A stretch of DNA of 64,000 bases from Heterodontus francisci (taxonomy: Eukaryota): contig NC_090413.1 of NCBI RefSeq assembly GCF_036365525.1, positions 20,072,151 to 20,136,150 of the forward strand, written 5' to 3'. Made by a program: the position numbers and the translations under genes. Below the pieces are notes generated by a model. The model worked only from the letters and a program-made list of their open reading frames with translations. It made no database searches and had not been told where the DNA came from. This document shows, piece after piece, positions 46,252 through 59,710 of this stretch. How positions within the stretch are numbered: the first letter of the stretch is position 1; the number at the start of each line of letters is the position of its first letter.

Positions 46252-49200
46252 GTACATGATTGTAAATGGAGCCTGTTCTCTTATTGTTTGATGTGAAAGG
46301 TTTTTGCTATGCGCAACCGGAAGATGTCTCATTAAAACAAACCAACGGCATTGAACCTGTCCCGCAGTCCTCAACTAGCTTAGAATAGTAGATACATTGG
46401 GAGAAGGAAAGGGGGGGGGGGGGGTATTCCACTGTATTTGTAAGTCTTTATTCTCCCTGCCCCCATACCATTTACTTGTTTTAAGGCGCCTTTGATGTCT
46501 GCTTGTTTTTCCGCCTGTTCAGTTAATAAATTGGAAACTCGTTTTCTCTACTGAAATCCCAACTGCCCATTGATTTATGGGCCATTGTTGCAAGTTCTCT
46601 GAATCATTCTAGACCAATATTTGGGTTGGTTGAATTGTAAGCAAAGCGCTAATTGTAAGATATGTCTCAAATTGTGCATTGATCTAATACATTGGGGCTG
46701 AACCATTAATTAAACCGGCTAAGAGGATTAAGAAGCAATCTTTAACTGGGTTTCAATTGTGTGTTTTATTTTCTTCCTGGGCTTGCTGTCGGGGCTGTGT
46801 TAAATGAAATGGCCGTTTTTCTCGAAAAGGCTTGTTTTTTTTTCCTTGTCTTTAATCAGAAGGTCCCTATCCACAGCACCATGAACATGTTTCCCAGATT
46901 AAAGGGACAGGTCGAGCTGTAATGAAATTGTAGAAGGGGCGACGTGTGCGTCAGTTTCAATGGCGAAATTGACAGCTGGCTCGTCAGGGACAAGTGGAAT
47001 TTTAATGGGTTTTTCCAACCAAGTGACAATAAGGTTGGGATCCTTGTTACTTAATTGACTTTTATTTTAATCCCTGTGGCTTTTTTTTTTGACCAGGCGT
47101 GTGATATCGTGTTGTTAAAACATCGCATGTAAATTGTAGTTTGATCGTGACTCAAGCCAATTGTGTAACGAGTTAGGCGAGATCAACTTGTCTTAATCTT
47201 CTTCAAGTGCTGTTTTTTTTTTGGTGCAGATGTCCAGGCCTTAAAAAAACAAGTGTTTTTCTTTTCAAAAGTACTAATTGCACAACTGGTGCACGGTTTC
47301 AAATCATTCTAGCGTGTAGAATAAAACCGAGTGTTTAGATCACCTGAGCTTAATGGAAGGGTCTGAACAGAGAAGAGTGAGATTGGGTAAAGTTTTATAA
47401 TTGACCTAGATTTCCTCATTGCCTCTAGATTAGGTAGTTCTTTGTTCTTGTTATAAACTTGTGCTGTTCAAGATGGAGAAGAAAGGAGAAGGTCAGTTTT
47501 GTTTTTCAGTTGACACTGAACATCCCTACACTCAAAGCTGATTATGTTTTAGACCATAGTATTATTGATTTGCTTTGGTGCTGCAGCAGGTTTATGGGCA
47601 AAATTACAGATCAGCCATGATCTAATTGAATGGCAGAACAGGCCTGAGAGGCCTACTCCTGTTTCCAGAAGCTCTGTGTGCCCTATGTTATTGTGTAATG
47701 ATTATAGTCAACAAATGATTTGCTTTTATGATCTGGAATATTGGTATTCAGTTTTCAGGAGATATTATACAAAGTGAGATGCTGGATCTTGTTAAATATT
47801 CTGATTCTAAAAGGTTAATTTTTTTTGATGAGTAATAGTGTGTTGTATGTTTTGGGCAAGTTTCTGAGGGATCCCCTTATTAACAACCAGTCAGATCTTG
47901 AGAAAAATGGATCGCTATCTTAGGAACAGATCCCGCAGCTTGCATCCCATCTGAGAGATGGTGCATCTCAGTCTAACCAATTACTCCAATGTAGGTGTTC
48001 ACTATATGTCTAGGAGTATAGATTTGCACTGAGGGGGAAATGGGGTCGAGCCCTGGCCTGGGACGTTCCCTTTAATTATGTACAAGTAATGCGATAGAGG
48101 GGATTGCCAATGTATTAATTGTTGCATATCTAATTGTGAGGGGTTTCGCCAATCTATGCTCAGCCACAGCCATTGTTTGCAGTCTATTGCATGTGATCTT
48201 CATATTCCCAGAGCATTTGAGCTTGAAAGTTCTTTGGGGCTTTAGCAGTCTGTGCAATCTCCATGCTGATCTGCTTCTGAGCCTGATCAAGCAACTGGTT
48301 ACCAGGAAGTGTGGCTGAAGCCAGTGAACTGGACCGGTGTCTGAACCCACTCAGTGCTCGGGTTGATACTCAGGAAGCATGTGATTTAAATGAATTGACC
48401 GGTTCAGATACAAAGGCCCATCTTGTGATACATTTTAATTCAAGAACATGACCTGATTTTTATTTTTTAAGTAATTTCATCACTGCTTTGAATTTGGCCT
48501 TTTTATTTATATTAACCATTTGGTCTGTCTTACTAAATCTCTCATTTTAAGTTAAATATTCAGTCATGTTATATTAACTTTTATAGACATGAATTCTCAT
48601 TGTATACATTGAGTTAGTGGTTGTACTTAGATGCACAAAATAAGTGCAACAATATCAAATAGAATTACTACTCCCCTCCATGGTCAGAAGCTTGGTTGGG
48701 TCTGGTCTCAAAGTTCAAGATATGGTCCCAAACACCCCCAGCATTTTCTGATTTTTTTTCTCCCCCTTTGTTCTATTTTCTTTACCTGCCCCCGAATTGA
48801 AAAGTGTTTATGCACTGCTTTAAAGTATAGTGCTTTGTCCTGTCAGCTTGGCCCTTGCTACCTTTTGCTCTTGCCTTTTCAATATTCCACTCTGGTTTTA
48901 GCAGAGGACAGTCCATATTTTTTTAATGGGAGGTAGGTAGTGTTCCTCAGTGTTGGCGAATGTCTCTTTTAGAATGCAGTGCTGCTTTATCAATGGAGCA
49001 AAATGGATTGCTCCGTCTTTGAGTCTCACACCTGCCAAATGAACCGAAGCAGGCGAGAACAAAGCAATATTGTATCAAGACAGTCGATCCTGCTCATTTA
49101 CAAGTTTCCAGAGAGCAAGTGGGAGCTTCGTACAAATGGTCTTAAGTCAGTACGAAATGTTTTGTATGTGATTTTCTATCTGTATTGTAAGCTGTTTTAA

Positions 49201-52200
49201 CATTGAAGAAAGAGGAACGAGTATATTTGACTAGTCTTTGGGGAGGGACTGTGGGGTGTAGGCACAGATTCATAAATTTTAAAATGAAATGAGGTCTTAA
49301 TCACCCAAACCAAATGCTTGGAGTTAAACTGAACTTTTGAGACCATCCTTCCCTAAATTAAACCAAGTCTCCTGTCTCTCAGACAAGCTGCTTGCTAGTC
49401 TCCATTGGTTCCATAGATCATATGTGTGAGTTAAGCATCTGGAGAGAGATTGAGGGGTATTGTGAGGGAAGGGTTATAGGTGGGGTTGATGCATCAATAA
49501 CGCAATTGGCCATTTTTGTTTGGGTGATGCTGGCAAGGCCACATTGCCCTGTGAAGATGGTGCTGGGCTTTCTTCTTAGTTCATGCTGATTGTATAGCTG
49601 GGTTGTTGGACTTCACATGGCATTAAGAATCAACTTTGTAGACGAGTCACATGTAGGTCCGACAAGGTGTGGGAAGCGAGTTCATTCTCTGGAAGGGTGT
49701 TGGTGAGCCAGTTGAGTTGTTACAACAATTAAGCAACTTCTCTGACCCCAGCCCACAACTTATCAAATTTATGGAATTCAGTTAGTTAACCTATGCGTTC
49801 ACTTCAGTACCAGAACCACTGTACTTTAGTACTCTGGGGGTCGGGGTAATGCTCTCTTCCTCATTTTTAAAAATAACTGTGTTGCTAATGAACTTGTTGA
49901 GATCATGTTAAGTTCTCTGTAGTGTCCTGTTTATTTAAGGTGATAGCATTTTTTTCCTTTGTGGTTCTAAGATGGTGGGTAGAATCAAGTGATCTCAGAT
50001 GAGCATTCTCTTTATATCAATGTGTATTGTGCCAGAATTATTATTGGAGCAGAGAAGGTTAAAGGGAGAATTAATAAAGGTGTTCAAAATCATGAGGGGT
50101 TTTGAGGGAGAGAATAAGGCGAAATTGCTTTGGGTGCAAGAGGGTCGGTAACTAGAGGACACAGGTTTAAGATAATTGGCAAAAGAACTGGGGAAGATGA
50201 GGATTTCCTTTACGCAATGAGTTATGATCTGGAATGCACTGCCTGAAAATATGGTGGAAGCAGATTCAGTGGTAGCCTTCAAAGGAAATTGGATATATAC
50301 TTGAAAAGGGAAAAATTTGTGGTCTATGCGCCGTGGGACTCTTTTTTTTTTCAAAGAGCTGACACCAGCATACTGACCCTAATGACCTCGTAGTTCTGTG
50401 ATTCTATGCTAATTAGATTTCCTGGTTAATATAGATGCAGGGCGTTACTGCCAATCACTATGTATTTGTGCCGCATCCAATTGATTGTGTTTTAAGTTTT
50501 GATTGACGGCTTCATAGTCTGAATCTGAGGATGAAAATGGCAGGCATTGGTCTGGTTTGCTTCCATCATCACTTGTGCAAATCGCTGCTCTTAGAGGAAC
50601 AGCATGTTCTTGGGTTAAAAAGTATGTCAAAGATGTTTCCAAGGAAAAACAAACTGTTTTAAAGTGAGTGTCATTAGCCAGTGGATTTATTCTTGTCTAT
50701 AACTTAAGGGACACTAACTAGTAATTTTTGAGACTGAGGCATGTGATGTCAGTACATTGCTCTTTGTTCTGCAAACTTGGGCGAAGGTTGGGCAGATTCG
50801 ATTAATTCTGGTGCATTCCCTGATTGTGGTAGACTTCAAACCCACTAGTCCAGATATGTCTTGCATAAGGTTGAGTTTTGGTTTGTTGGAAGCTTGGGGA
50901 GGCATATAACTGTTGGGAGTGAATCTGAGTAAAACCTATTGGGGAAGTAACTTGAATTGTCTTGTTGAATATTTTTCTTTCTGCCCCTGCACCTCAAATG
51001 ATTCAAGGGAGATCATTTGGTGGTTTTATGAAAGTTTTGTTGGAGGGAGGAGACCTCTAGTAAGATTCTGCAGTTGCGTTGAATCAGGAAATTGGAAGCA
51101 TCAATGAGAAATCCACTGGCTAAAGTTAGTCAACTCTTGGGTTCCATTGCTCGAGAAATGATTTTGGGATCTACTCTCGATGCAAAGATTATTTTCTGTT
51201 TTGTTGGCATAGAATCTGGTAGGAAAGACATTAACTGACTCTCCATTCAGTATCACGTATTTATGATCAAACTCCAGGGCAAAAGTGTAGCGAGACTGTA
51301 ATAGTAACCATTCCCTTTTCCACGTGGTCACAACTGTGGGTGTAGCTGGCTTGCACGCTGTCCACAGCCTGTTCTCTCAGTGGCTGCTACGAGAACAACA
51401 CCGTAGAATTTTAGAGCACAGAATGAAGCCAATTGGCCCATTGCCCCTCTACTGTTTCTCTGAAGGGCTATTCACTTGGATTCATCCCCATTACCGTTTG
51501 TAAATTTTTATCTTTCAAATCATTTTACAACTTTTTTTTTTAAAAGCTATTGTGCTTCTGTTTCCACCATTCCTCCCGATGGGGATTCAGTGTGGTGTGT
51601 GTGTGGTGTGTGTGTGGGTCAGTCAATCCCCCAACAGACTATATTGTCAGCATAGCCGTTAAAAATATAATTGTAACACTGGGATAACATTCTTTTCACA
51701 CTGAACAGCTTCTATCTCCCTTTTATCTTCCCCACCCCTCCACAACTGCAATAAGTCTGATTTTCTGAAGCAAACAATAATTCAGATGTGGAACTGAGCT
51801 TCTAAATACCGCTTTCATTTAGTTAGGCTTTTTACACTCAATGGGCAAGGTATTCTCCTACCCCTGTTGCACTATTCCAATAATAATATGGTGTAATTAC
51901 TTCTTGTGGGCAAAGAATTATGGGAAGGAATTAAACAACAAAAGGTCATTAGTTTGGTTTTTCAAATTGAGGCAATAGTCTTGTTTGGAATGGTAAATTG
52001 AACTTACCAGAAACTCCCTATTGAACAGAGCTTGCTCCTTGATGCCCCTTCAATCACTGGGTACATTTGTTACAAATACTAACATTCCATTCTGTTTCAT
52101 GTTTCTGAATTACATCAAGGTACAGACTCCAAATGTAGGCTTCCCTTCTCTACATCTTCAGTGTGTTGAAATCAAGTTCAACTGCACTGTCTTCGCTCAT

Positions 52201-53914
52201 TCTTTCCCAGGACCTCAAAATTGTGGAATTTCTTATCCCGTGCATCTCTCTTCCGGAATCTTTCCTTCCTACAAGCTTCAGTCCATTAAAACCAACGCTA
52301 GCCGTCACCTTGCTCCTTGTGTCTTAGTGGCGTTGTCTAATTTACCTCCTCTTCCCCCCCCCCTTCAGTCTCTCTTTCCAGCATTGGTGGAGACCTGTGT
52401 CCTATACCTTGGCCATTCTGTTTGATTTCTCAGTTTAGAAAAAAAAATGTTTGTCATGCGATTGAGGTCATCCAGCACCATTCTGAGATCATGTCATTTC
52501 TCCAGTGATCGTTTCAATTGATTCCAGACTTGCTTTTTGTTCCAATGGAGAATAAGTTTTTTTTTTAATGTTGATGCCTGGCTCATTAATGGAATCTGGT
52601 GGTTTAGATATGTTACCGAGGCTGAGATTCTTTGCACTTGGCCATATATAACCCTGCGAGCCAATACCCAAGCTGGTCCTGGCTAGCCAAATGGCTCCAG
52701 TCAGCCATATGTAAACTTCTGTGGTACCTGCTGCCTGCACTTTCGGGTGGACACTAAGCCCTTGCTCTACCAAACTACATCTAAGGTTTTTCTTTTTGGA
52801 AGTCTAAAAGGGCTCAAAATACATAAATCTCCAACGATTACTCCACAGCATTTGGAGAGACTTAAGAGATGATGTTCCAGGCACTGCTTATCATTACCAG
52901 TAAACGATGGATGTTTGCCTTCAAAAGAGAATTTGATAATTATCTGAAGAGAAAATTTGCAGGGCTACAGGGAAAAGGCAAGTGAGTGGGACCAAGTGAA
53001 TTGCTGTTGTAGAGAGCTGGCACAGACATGATGGGCGAATGGCATCCTGTGCTGTAACCATTCTTTGGAGTGCCAGGAGATTGAAAGTGGGCTCATGTGA
53101 TACTCATGTTAATTGTTTGATTGTATGCAGGTGGAGGCTGTTAATTGGGGTCTTGCATGAGCACTTACAAGCAGACAATTACTGAGACTGGTGGAGGGTT
53201 TCAATGAGGAGATGCATGTTTGTAATCCTTTTACTCTGTACAATAAATGTGAAAGTGAGTAAAGATAGGCGCCAGCATTATCCTTCCATAACAAGCTTTC
53301 TGGAGTTTAACAACCCATAGTAAAAAAAGGATGATAAAATAGGCAAAAGCAACTATAGATCCATTAGTCTGGCTTCAATTCTGTATCAGGAGTAACCTTT
53401 AGGATTATCTCTTGAACCTCCACCTAGTAAACACGAGTCAATGGTCATTCAGATGGGGTAGATCCTGCTTGACCAATTTCACTGATTTCTTTGAATAAGT
53501 GACAACGCAACCCAACTGTGGTAAACTCTCCAATCTCGTGTACTTGAGAATTCCAAAAAGGGATTTGAAAAAAGTTCCGCATAATCTCAAAAGCTGTCAG
53601 GATTTTGGACAGAACTTTATGAATAAGAAAATAACTGGTAGGAAAGGTTTGAGATTGGGAGGAGGTACTAAGTGGGTGTTCTATGGGCTCTGCATTGGGG
53701 TCACTGCTGGTTCTAACTTCTATCAATGACTTAAATCCAGAAACTCAATGCCAAGGTTTAGGAGAGCAAGCTAACTGAGCTGCTGTGCTCAATTTGGTTT
53801 TGTAATGTGCATCTGTAAACCAACTGTACAGTGGGCACTGCAACAGTGGGTACATGTAGACTGGCTGTGATGTTTCACCCAGTGTGGGTATGCTTAGTAG
53901 TGATATCTTGATGC

Positions 53915-54420
53915 ACAACAACTTGCATTTATATAGCACCTTCATAGTAAAACCTCCTGTGATGCTTCACAAAAGCATTATTGAACAAAATTTAACAGTG
54001 AGCCTCATGAGGAGATATTAGGACTGGTGACCAAAAGCTTGGTCAGAGTGGTAGGTTTTAAGGAGTAACTTTGGGGGGGGAAAAAAGATTGAGAGGAGTG
54101 AGCTACGGTGGCAGTTCAAGCTTCGGGCCTGGGCAGCTGAGCGCGCAATTTCTGATGGTGGAACAATGACAATCCGATGTGCAAGGTGCTAGAATTGGAA
54201 AAGAGCAGAAATCTTGGACGTTTGTCGGGCTGCAGGAGATTAAAGGGATAGGGAGGGGCGATACCATGGTGGGACTTGGAACAAGGATGAGAAGTTTAGA
54301 ACTGCCAGACCAGGAGTCAATGGAGATCAGTGAACACAGGTGTGGTCAGTGAAGGGGGCTTGGAGTGAAGTACGATATGGGCAGCAGAGTTTTGGATGAG
54401 CTCAAGTTTACAGAGGATGG
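53915..54420 (-). mobile_element. L2 LINE 3' fragment (other copies ~14260-14660, 19680-20030, 26280-26850)
   Basis: caacttgcatttatatagc tail and gaccaaaagcttggtca block shared with the other L2 copies. Confidence 0.75.
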
Positions 54421-57400
54421 GAGAGCCGTTTTGCCTGATAATATGCTATCGCAACAATATGCTTCCTAACCACAGTCTGACTGATGGCAACTAGGAAAAC
54501 CCAGTGGAAAATCTGACCTCTTTTGCATCTGTCTAAAAAGAAAATCTGACAGATCGACGTTGACGAGGCTGCCAGCTGCAAGAGACTGAGCACTGTGATC
54601 CAGCATCTAAAGAAATGTATTGGAAGTTGAATGTTGAACTCCACCAAGGTCCAAGTAGTGCATGGCTCGGCCAGTTAAATAAACATCTGTGAAGTACCTA
54701 GATTTATATAGGGCCTTCAATGACCTTTTGGATGCCCCAAAGTGTTTTATTGTCAACCAAGTACTTTATTTGATGTTTCCTTTCACAGCAAGCCCAGCAT
54801 TTATTACCTATCCCTAATTGTCCTTAACTGAGTGACTTGCCGGGACATTTCATAGGACGGTTAAGAGTCAACCACTTTAGTGTGGGTCTGGAGTCACACA
54901 TAGACCAGACCGGATAAGGACTGCAGATTTCCTTCCCTAAAGGACTTTAGTGAATCCTGAAGCAATGCAGTAAATATGGCAGCCAATTTGCATGCAGCAA
55001 GCTCCCACAAACAGCGATGTGATCATGCCCAGATCATGTTTGAGTGATGTTGGCTAAGGGATAAATATTGCTCTTATTTCGAAATGAGAAGTCCCAGCCA
55101 CAATAACACAACTATAATTTGTTTTGGTCAAATCAGTGAGCATTGCACAACAAGCCACATTGGTCATGGATCTAGCAACATTGTTCTGCATGAAGGTGAT
55201 GGCTTACTCTTTTTTTTTTAATGTGCACTTGATATTTGTATCAAACATTCAAGCATGTCAGGTCAGATTTATCACAGATTATAGTCACAAAATGCAAGTC
55301 CTGCTCATTCCCTGTAATTTCTAAGTCAAGATGTAGCAATAGAAGCATTAAAATGGTTAAAAGCCTCCAGCAATGAATTAAAAAAAAAGCCCCTCCATTA
55401 CTTCACAACAATGCAATCCAATTCTACAAATTCAAAATGATTCAGCAAGGAAATCAGTTCTGCTACTAGACATAACTATCCTGTACTTCTGAGGCTAGCT
55501 GTCATTTGCAGAGACCACACTCCACATCAGGCCCTGAGCTGAAGGGTTTGGTGGACTGACCCTATGAACAAGAGAGAATCTTTTTTTTTCTCTCTTGAAT
55601 CCTACTGTCTTCGAACAACTAGAGCTGCCTGGCAAGCTTCCTAATCTCCACATGTGGTCATGACAACCATTGATCTGTAACTGAGTTTGCATTAAGTCCT
55701 ATTGTACACTCATTTGAATAAAAGAACAAACTTGAATTGATATAGCACCTTTCACATCCCAAAGTGCTTTACCACCAATGAATTACTTCTTTACAACAGT
55801 GACAACATTTTTTTTTAAACGTAGGCAATACAGCAGCCAATTAGCGCACAGCAAGCTCCCACCGAAAGCAGTGTGAATATGACCAGATAATCTGTTTCAG
55901 TGGTGTTGATTCAGGGGTACTGGGAGAAACCCTCTGCTCTTCAAAGTAGTCATGTGGGATTTTTTTTTTTACGTCCACCTGAAAGGACAGATGGAGTCTT
56001 GGTTTAACATTTCATCTGAAAGATGGTGTATCTGTCCATGCAGTGCGGCCTCTCTACTGCACAGGAGTGTCAGCCTGGATTATAGAGCTGCAGTCTCTGT
56101 GGTGGGATGCAGATTATCTGATCATTGCTTGTGGGAGTTTGCTGTGTATAAATTTAGCTTCTACGTTTCCTACATTACAACAGTGCCTGCACTTGAAAAA
56201 GAAAAGTACTTCATTGGCCATAAACCCCTTTGGGACATAGAGGTGGTGAAAAATGCTGTATAAAAATGCATCCTTTTAGTGAAGAGGAAACCACTGTTAT
56301 AGATGATATTTTAATGACCTTGATGGGGGATGGGGGGGGGGGTGGGTGTGGGTGGCAGTTTTGTGAAGAGTGTCCCTGTTTGGTATGACTTCATGGGCTG
56401 AACAATGCGGACCACAGAACAAAATGGTCTAGCACCTTTTATAATTGTACAATATGCGACATTCAAATTCCTGGTCCTACTGCTCAATGCCTTTTATAGC
56501 CATCCTTCAGCGTCTAGAACTGCTCCCAGTTTGTCCATTTATGACATGTATTGAATCCGGATTTTAATAAACTGAGTTTTTAAAAAACCTGTCTTATATA
56601 GATTTTTTTTAGCACTGCTTCCTTCTATAGCCTCGTCCCTCCCTATCTCTGTAATTTCCTCCAGCCCGACAACCCCGCAAGAACTCAGCCCTGCTCCAAT
56701 TCTGGCCTATTGGTTGCCCCTCACTCCCTTTACCACAGAATTGCCAGCTGCATCTTCAGCTGCCTACGCCCGAAGTGCTTGAAATCCCTCCAACTCTTAA
56801 GACCTACCTCTTTGACCAAGTTTTTAGCAATCCACCCTATTATCTCCAGCTTTGGCGCAGTGTCAATTTTTGTCAGACGCTACTGTGAAACGCCTGGGGT
56901 CATTTTCTAATGTTAAAAGCACTACATGAATGCAATTTGCCTGAAGGAATGATTAGATGCAAGGACAATCACTGAAAGCGCTCCACAAAAGGGCATTTCC
57001 TGCAAAAGTGATGAGGTTTGTGTACTATACTGTTGTTTATAGGTGACATTAGACATTGGAATGATTGCAATCAATGTACTGAGTGTTAATAAGTGAATAA
57101 TGGGGGACATTTTTTACCTGAACGGGAAAACAAGAGGCTATGATTAGGTTTGTTCCAACTCTTGCGGCAAATTGGAGCCATATTCTACTCGCTGTCCTTT
57201 TTCCTTTTGCAGGAAAATATTATAATGCAGTTTTTTTTTAAAGAAGCTTGCACAATATTATTGGGGACAGCAAAAGAGAAATGAATAGTTCTTCAATCCA
57301 CTTACTGCGATATTAATATTGTGGATATATTCCCTGCCTTTTTGAGGGCTAGGTCTTCGCTATTTTTTTCCCTCTTTGTGTATAATTTCGTGTTTAAGAC

Positions 57401-57580
57401 GGAGATATTTGACAGGATTAGGAACCATAGGCAAAATTAAAGCTAACACCTGCCCTACCTTGTAGCAGGAATCTCCAGATCAAGTAGAGTTTGATAGCAT
57501 CTGAGCTGGCACCTGTTCTTGCAGATAGGGTGCAGTCATTCTGACGCTGCGGAGGTTGGATGAATGCCTGTGGATTGGTA

Positions 57581-58261
57581 CAAAAGAACAAAGAACAGGT
57601 GGATAAGGTAGTCAAGAAGGCATATGGCATGCTTGCCTTCATCGGTCGGGGCATCGAGTATAAAAATTGGCAAGTCATGTTGCAGCTGTACAGAACCTTA
57701 GTTAGGCCACACTTAGAATATTGCGTGCAATTCTGGTTGCCACACTACCAGAAGGACGTGGAGGCTTTGGAGAGGGTACAGAGGAGGTTTACCAGGATGT
57801 TGCCTGGTCTGGAGGGCATTCGCTCTGAGGAGAGGTTGGAAAAACTCGGATTGTTTTCACTGGAACGACGGAGGTGGAGGGGCGAAATGATAGAGGTTTA
57901 CAAAGTTATGAGCGGCATGGACAGAGTGGATAGTCAGAAGCTTTTTCCCAGGGTGGAAGAGTCAGTTACTAGGGAACGTAGGTTTAAGGTGCGAGGGGCA
58001 AAGTTTAGAGGGGATGTGCGAGGCAAGTATTTTACACAGAGGGTGGTGAGTGCCTGGAACTTGCTGCCGGGGGAGGTGGTGGAAGCAGGTACGATAGCGA
58101 CGTTTAAGAGACATCTTGACAAATACATGAATAGGATGGGAATAGGGGGATACGGTCCCCGGAAGTGCAGAACTTGTTAGTTTAGGCAGGCATCAAGATC
58201 GGCGCAGGCTTGGAGGGCTGAATGGCCTGTTCCTGTGCTGTACTGTTCTTTGTTCTTTCTT
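57581..58261 (+). mobile_element. Young CR1 3' fragment with a 10-bp TSD
   Basis: ORF 57560-58180 is nearly identical to 40893-41546; TGGATTGGTA at 57571-57580 and 58262-58271. Confidence 0.93.
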
Positions 58262-59224
58262 TGGATTGGTAGTCGTGACTTGTCCAATATTTATGCCTTC
58301 TGACAGTTGTTAGAGTGTGGGCTTGGTACTTCGGCAGTCCTAAGGGTTATCCTCCAGCATTTTGTGTAGAACTGTTCTGTGGGCAGGTACTTCTAAGTCT
58401 ATATCAGACTAGTTATTCTGGAAAACTGAGAAGGGTGTGGGAATGTTTAAGTTTGACTTCTCGCCCTTTTAGATGTTTACCTTTTGTATACGCTACTAGA
58501 GTTCAGATGTGTCCTCGTGAGTGTAGACGCAACATTTCAGTAACAATACAGGAAGTCCTAGCATCTTGCATCAGTTGGAACTCTGCTCACCTCTGAATCA
58601 AAAGATCATAGGTTCAAGCATCATACCAGGAATTGAAGCTACAGGATAGGTTGTTTTAAGGGGAGATTTAAATAGAAATGATCAAAATAGAGGAGTTTTG
58701 ATGCACGAAATGAGGAACTGTTTCCGCTGGCCGGAGGGTTGGTAACTAGAGGTCACTGATTTAACTGTCAAAAGAACCAGAGAGAAGATCAGAATTTTGT
58801 TGATGCTGAGTTATGATCTGAAATGCGCTGCCTGAAAGGGCAGTGGAAGCAGATTCAACACTGACTTCCAAAAGGAAATTGGATAAAATACTTGAAAAAT
58901 TTGCGGAGCTATGGGGGACAGCGTGGCGGAGTGAAATTAATTGGATAGCTCGAGCCGGAACAGGCGCGATGGGCCAAATTGTCGCCTCCTGTATGATTCT
59001 ACAATATTAAACTGAATCCTCCCTGCTTATTCAGATGGATGTTGACTAACTACTTGAAGAAGAGTACTCTCTCCTAGTCCGGGCTGACATTCCTCCTTCT
59101 AGAGATGAATACACATACAGAGAACAGGTCAAGGGGCTATCTGGCAGAAGTGTTCAAAAGGGTTTTGAAAAGGTCTGAGAGAAAGTAGCCAACTATTATT
59201 TCCCCTGGTCAGGATTGTTGGGAA

Positions 59225-59710
59225 TAGTTATGGAGTTGATTCCTGGGATAGCAGGACTGATGTATGAAGAGAGTTTCGGTCAATTAGGCTTGTATTTGCT
59301 AGAGTTTAGAAGAATGAGGGTTTCTCATAGAAACCTACAAAATTCTAACAGGACTGGATAGACTAGATGCAGGAAGGATGTTCCCAATGGCGGGGGAGTC
59401 CAGGACGAAGGGTCACGACTAAGGATAAGGGGTAAGTCATTTAGGACTGAGATGAGGAGGGATTTCTTCACCCAGAGAGTGGTGAACCTGTGGAATTCTC
59501 CAGCACCGAAAGCAGTTGAGGCCATATCATTAAATATAGTCAAGAAAGAGTTAGATATAGTTCTTGGGGCTAAAGGGTTCAAGGGATACGGGGAGAAAGT
59601 GGGAACAGGGGACTGAGTTTGGATGATCGGCCATGATTGTATTGAATGGCGGTGCAGGCTCGAAGGGCCTACTCCTGCTCCTATTTTTCTATGTTTTCTA
59701 TGTTTCTATA
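59225..59710 (+). mobile_element. CR1 3' fragment
   Basis: gagtttagaagaatgagg...ttcttcacccagagagtggtgaacctgtggaattc; (ttctatg)n tail. Confidence 0.85.

Noticed and set aside
53045-53312. Possible solo LTR (AATAAA, ends ...aaca); similar impression at ~391-525
   Set aside because: Could not define a TG start with a matching TSD or a partner LTR.
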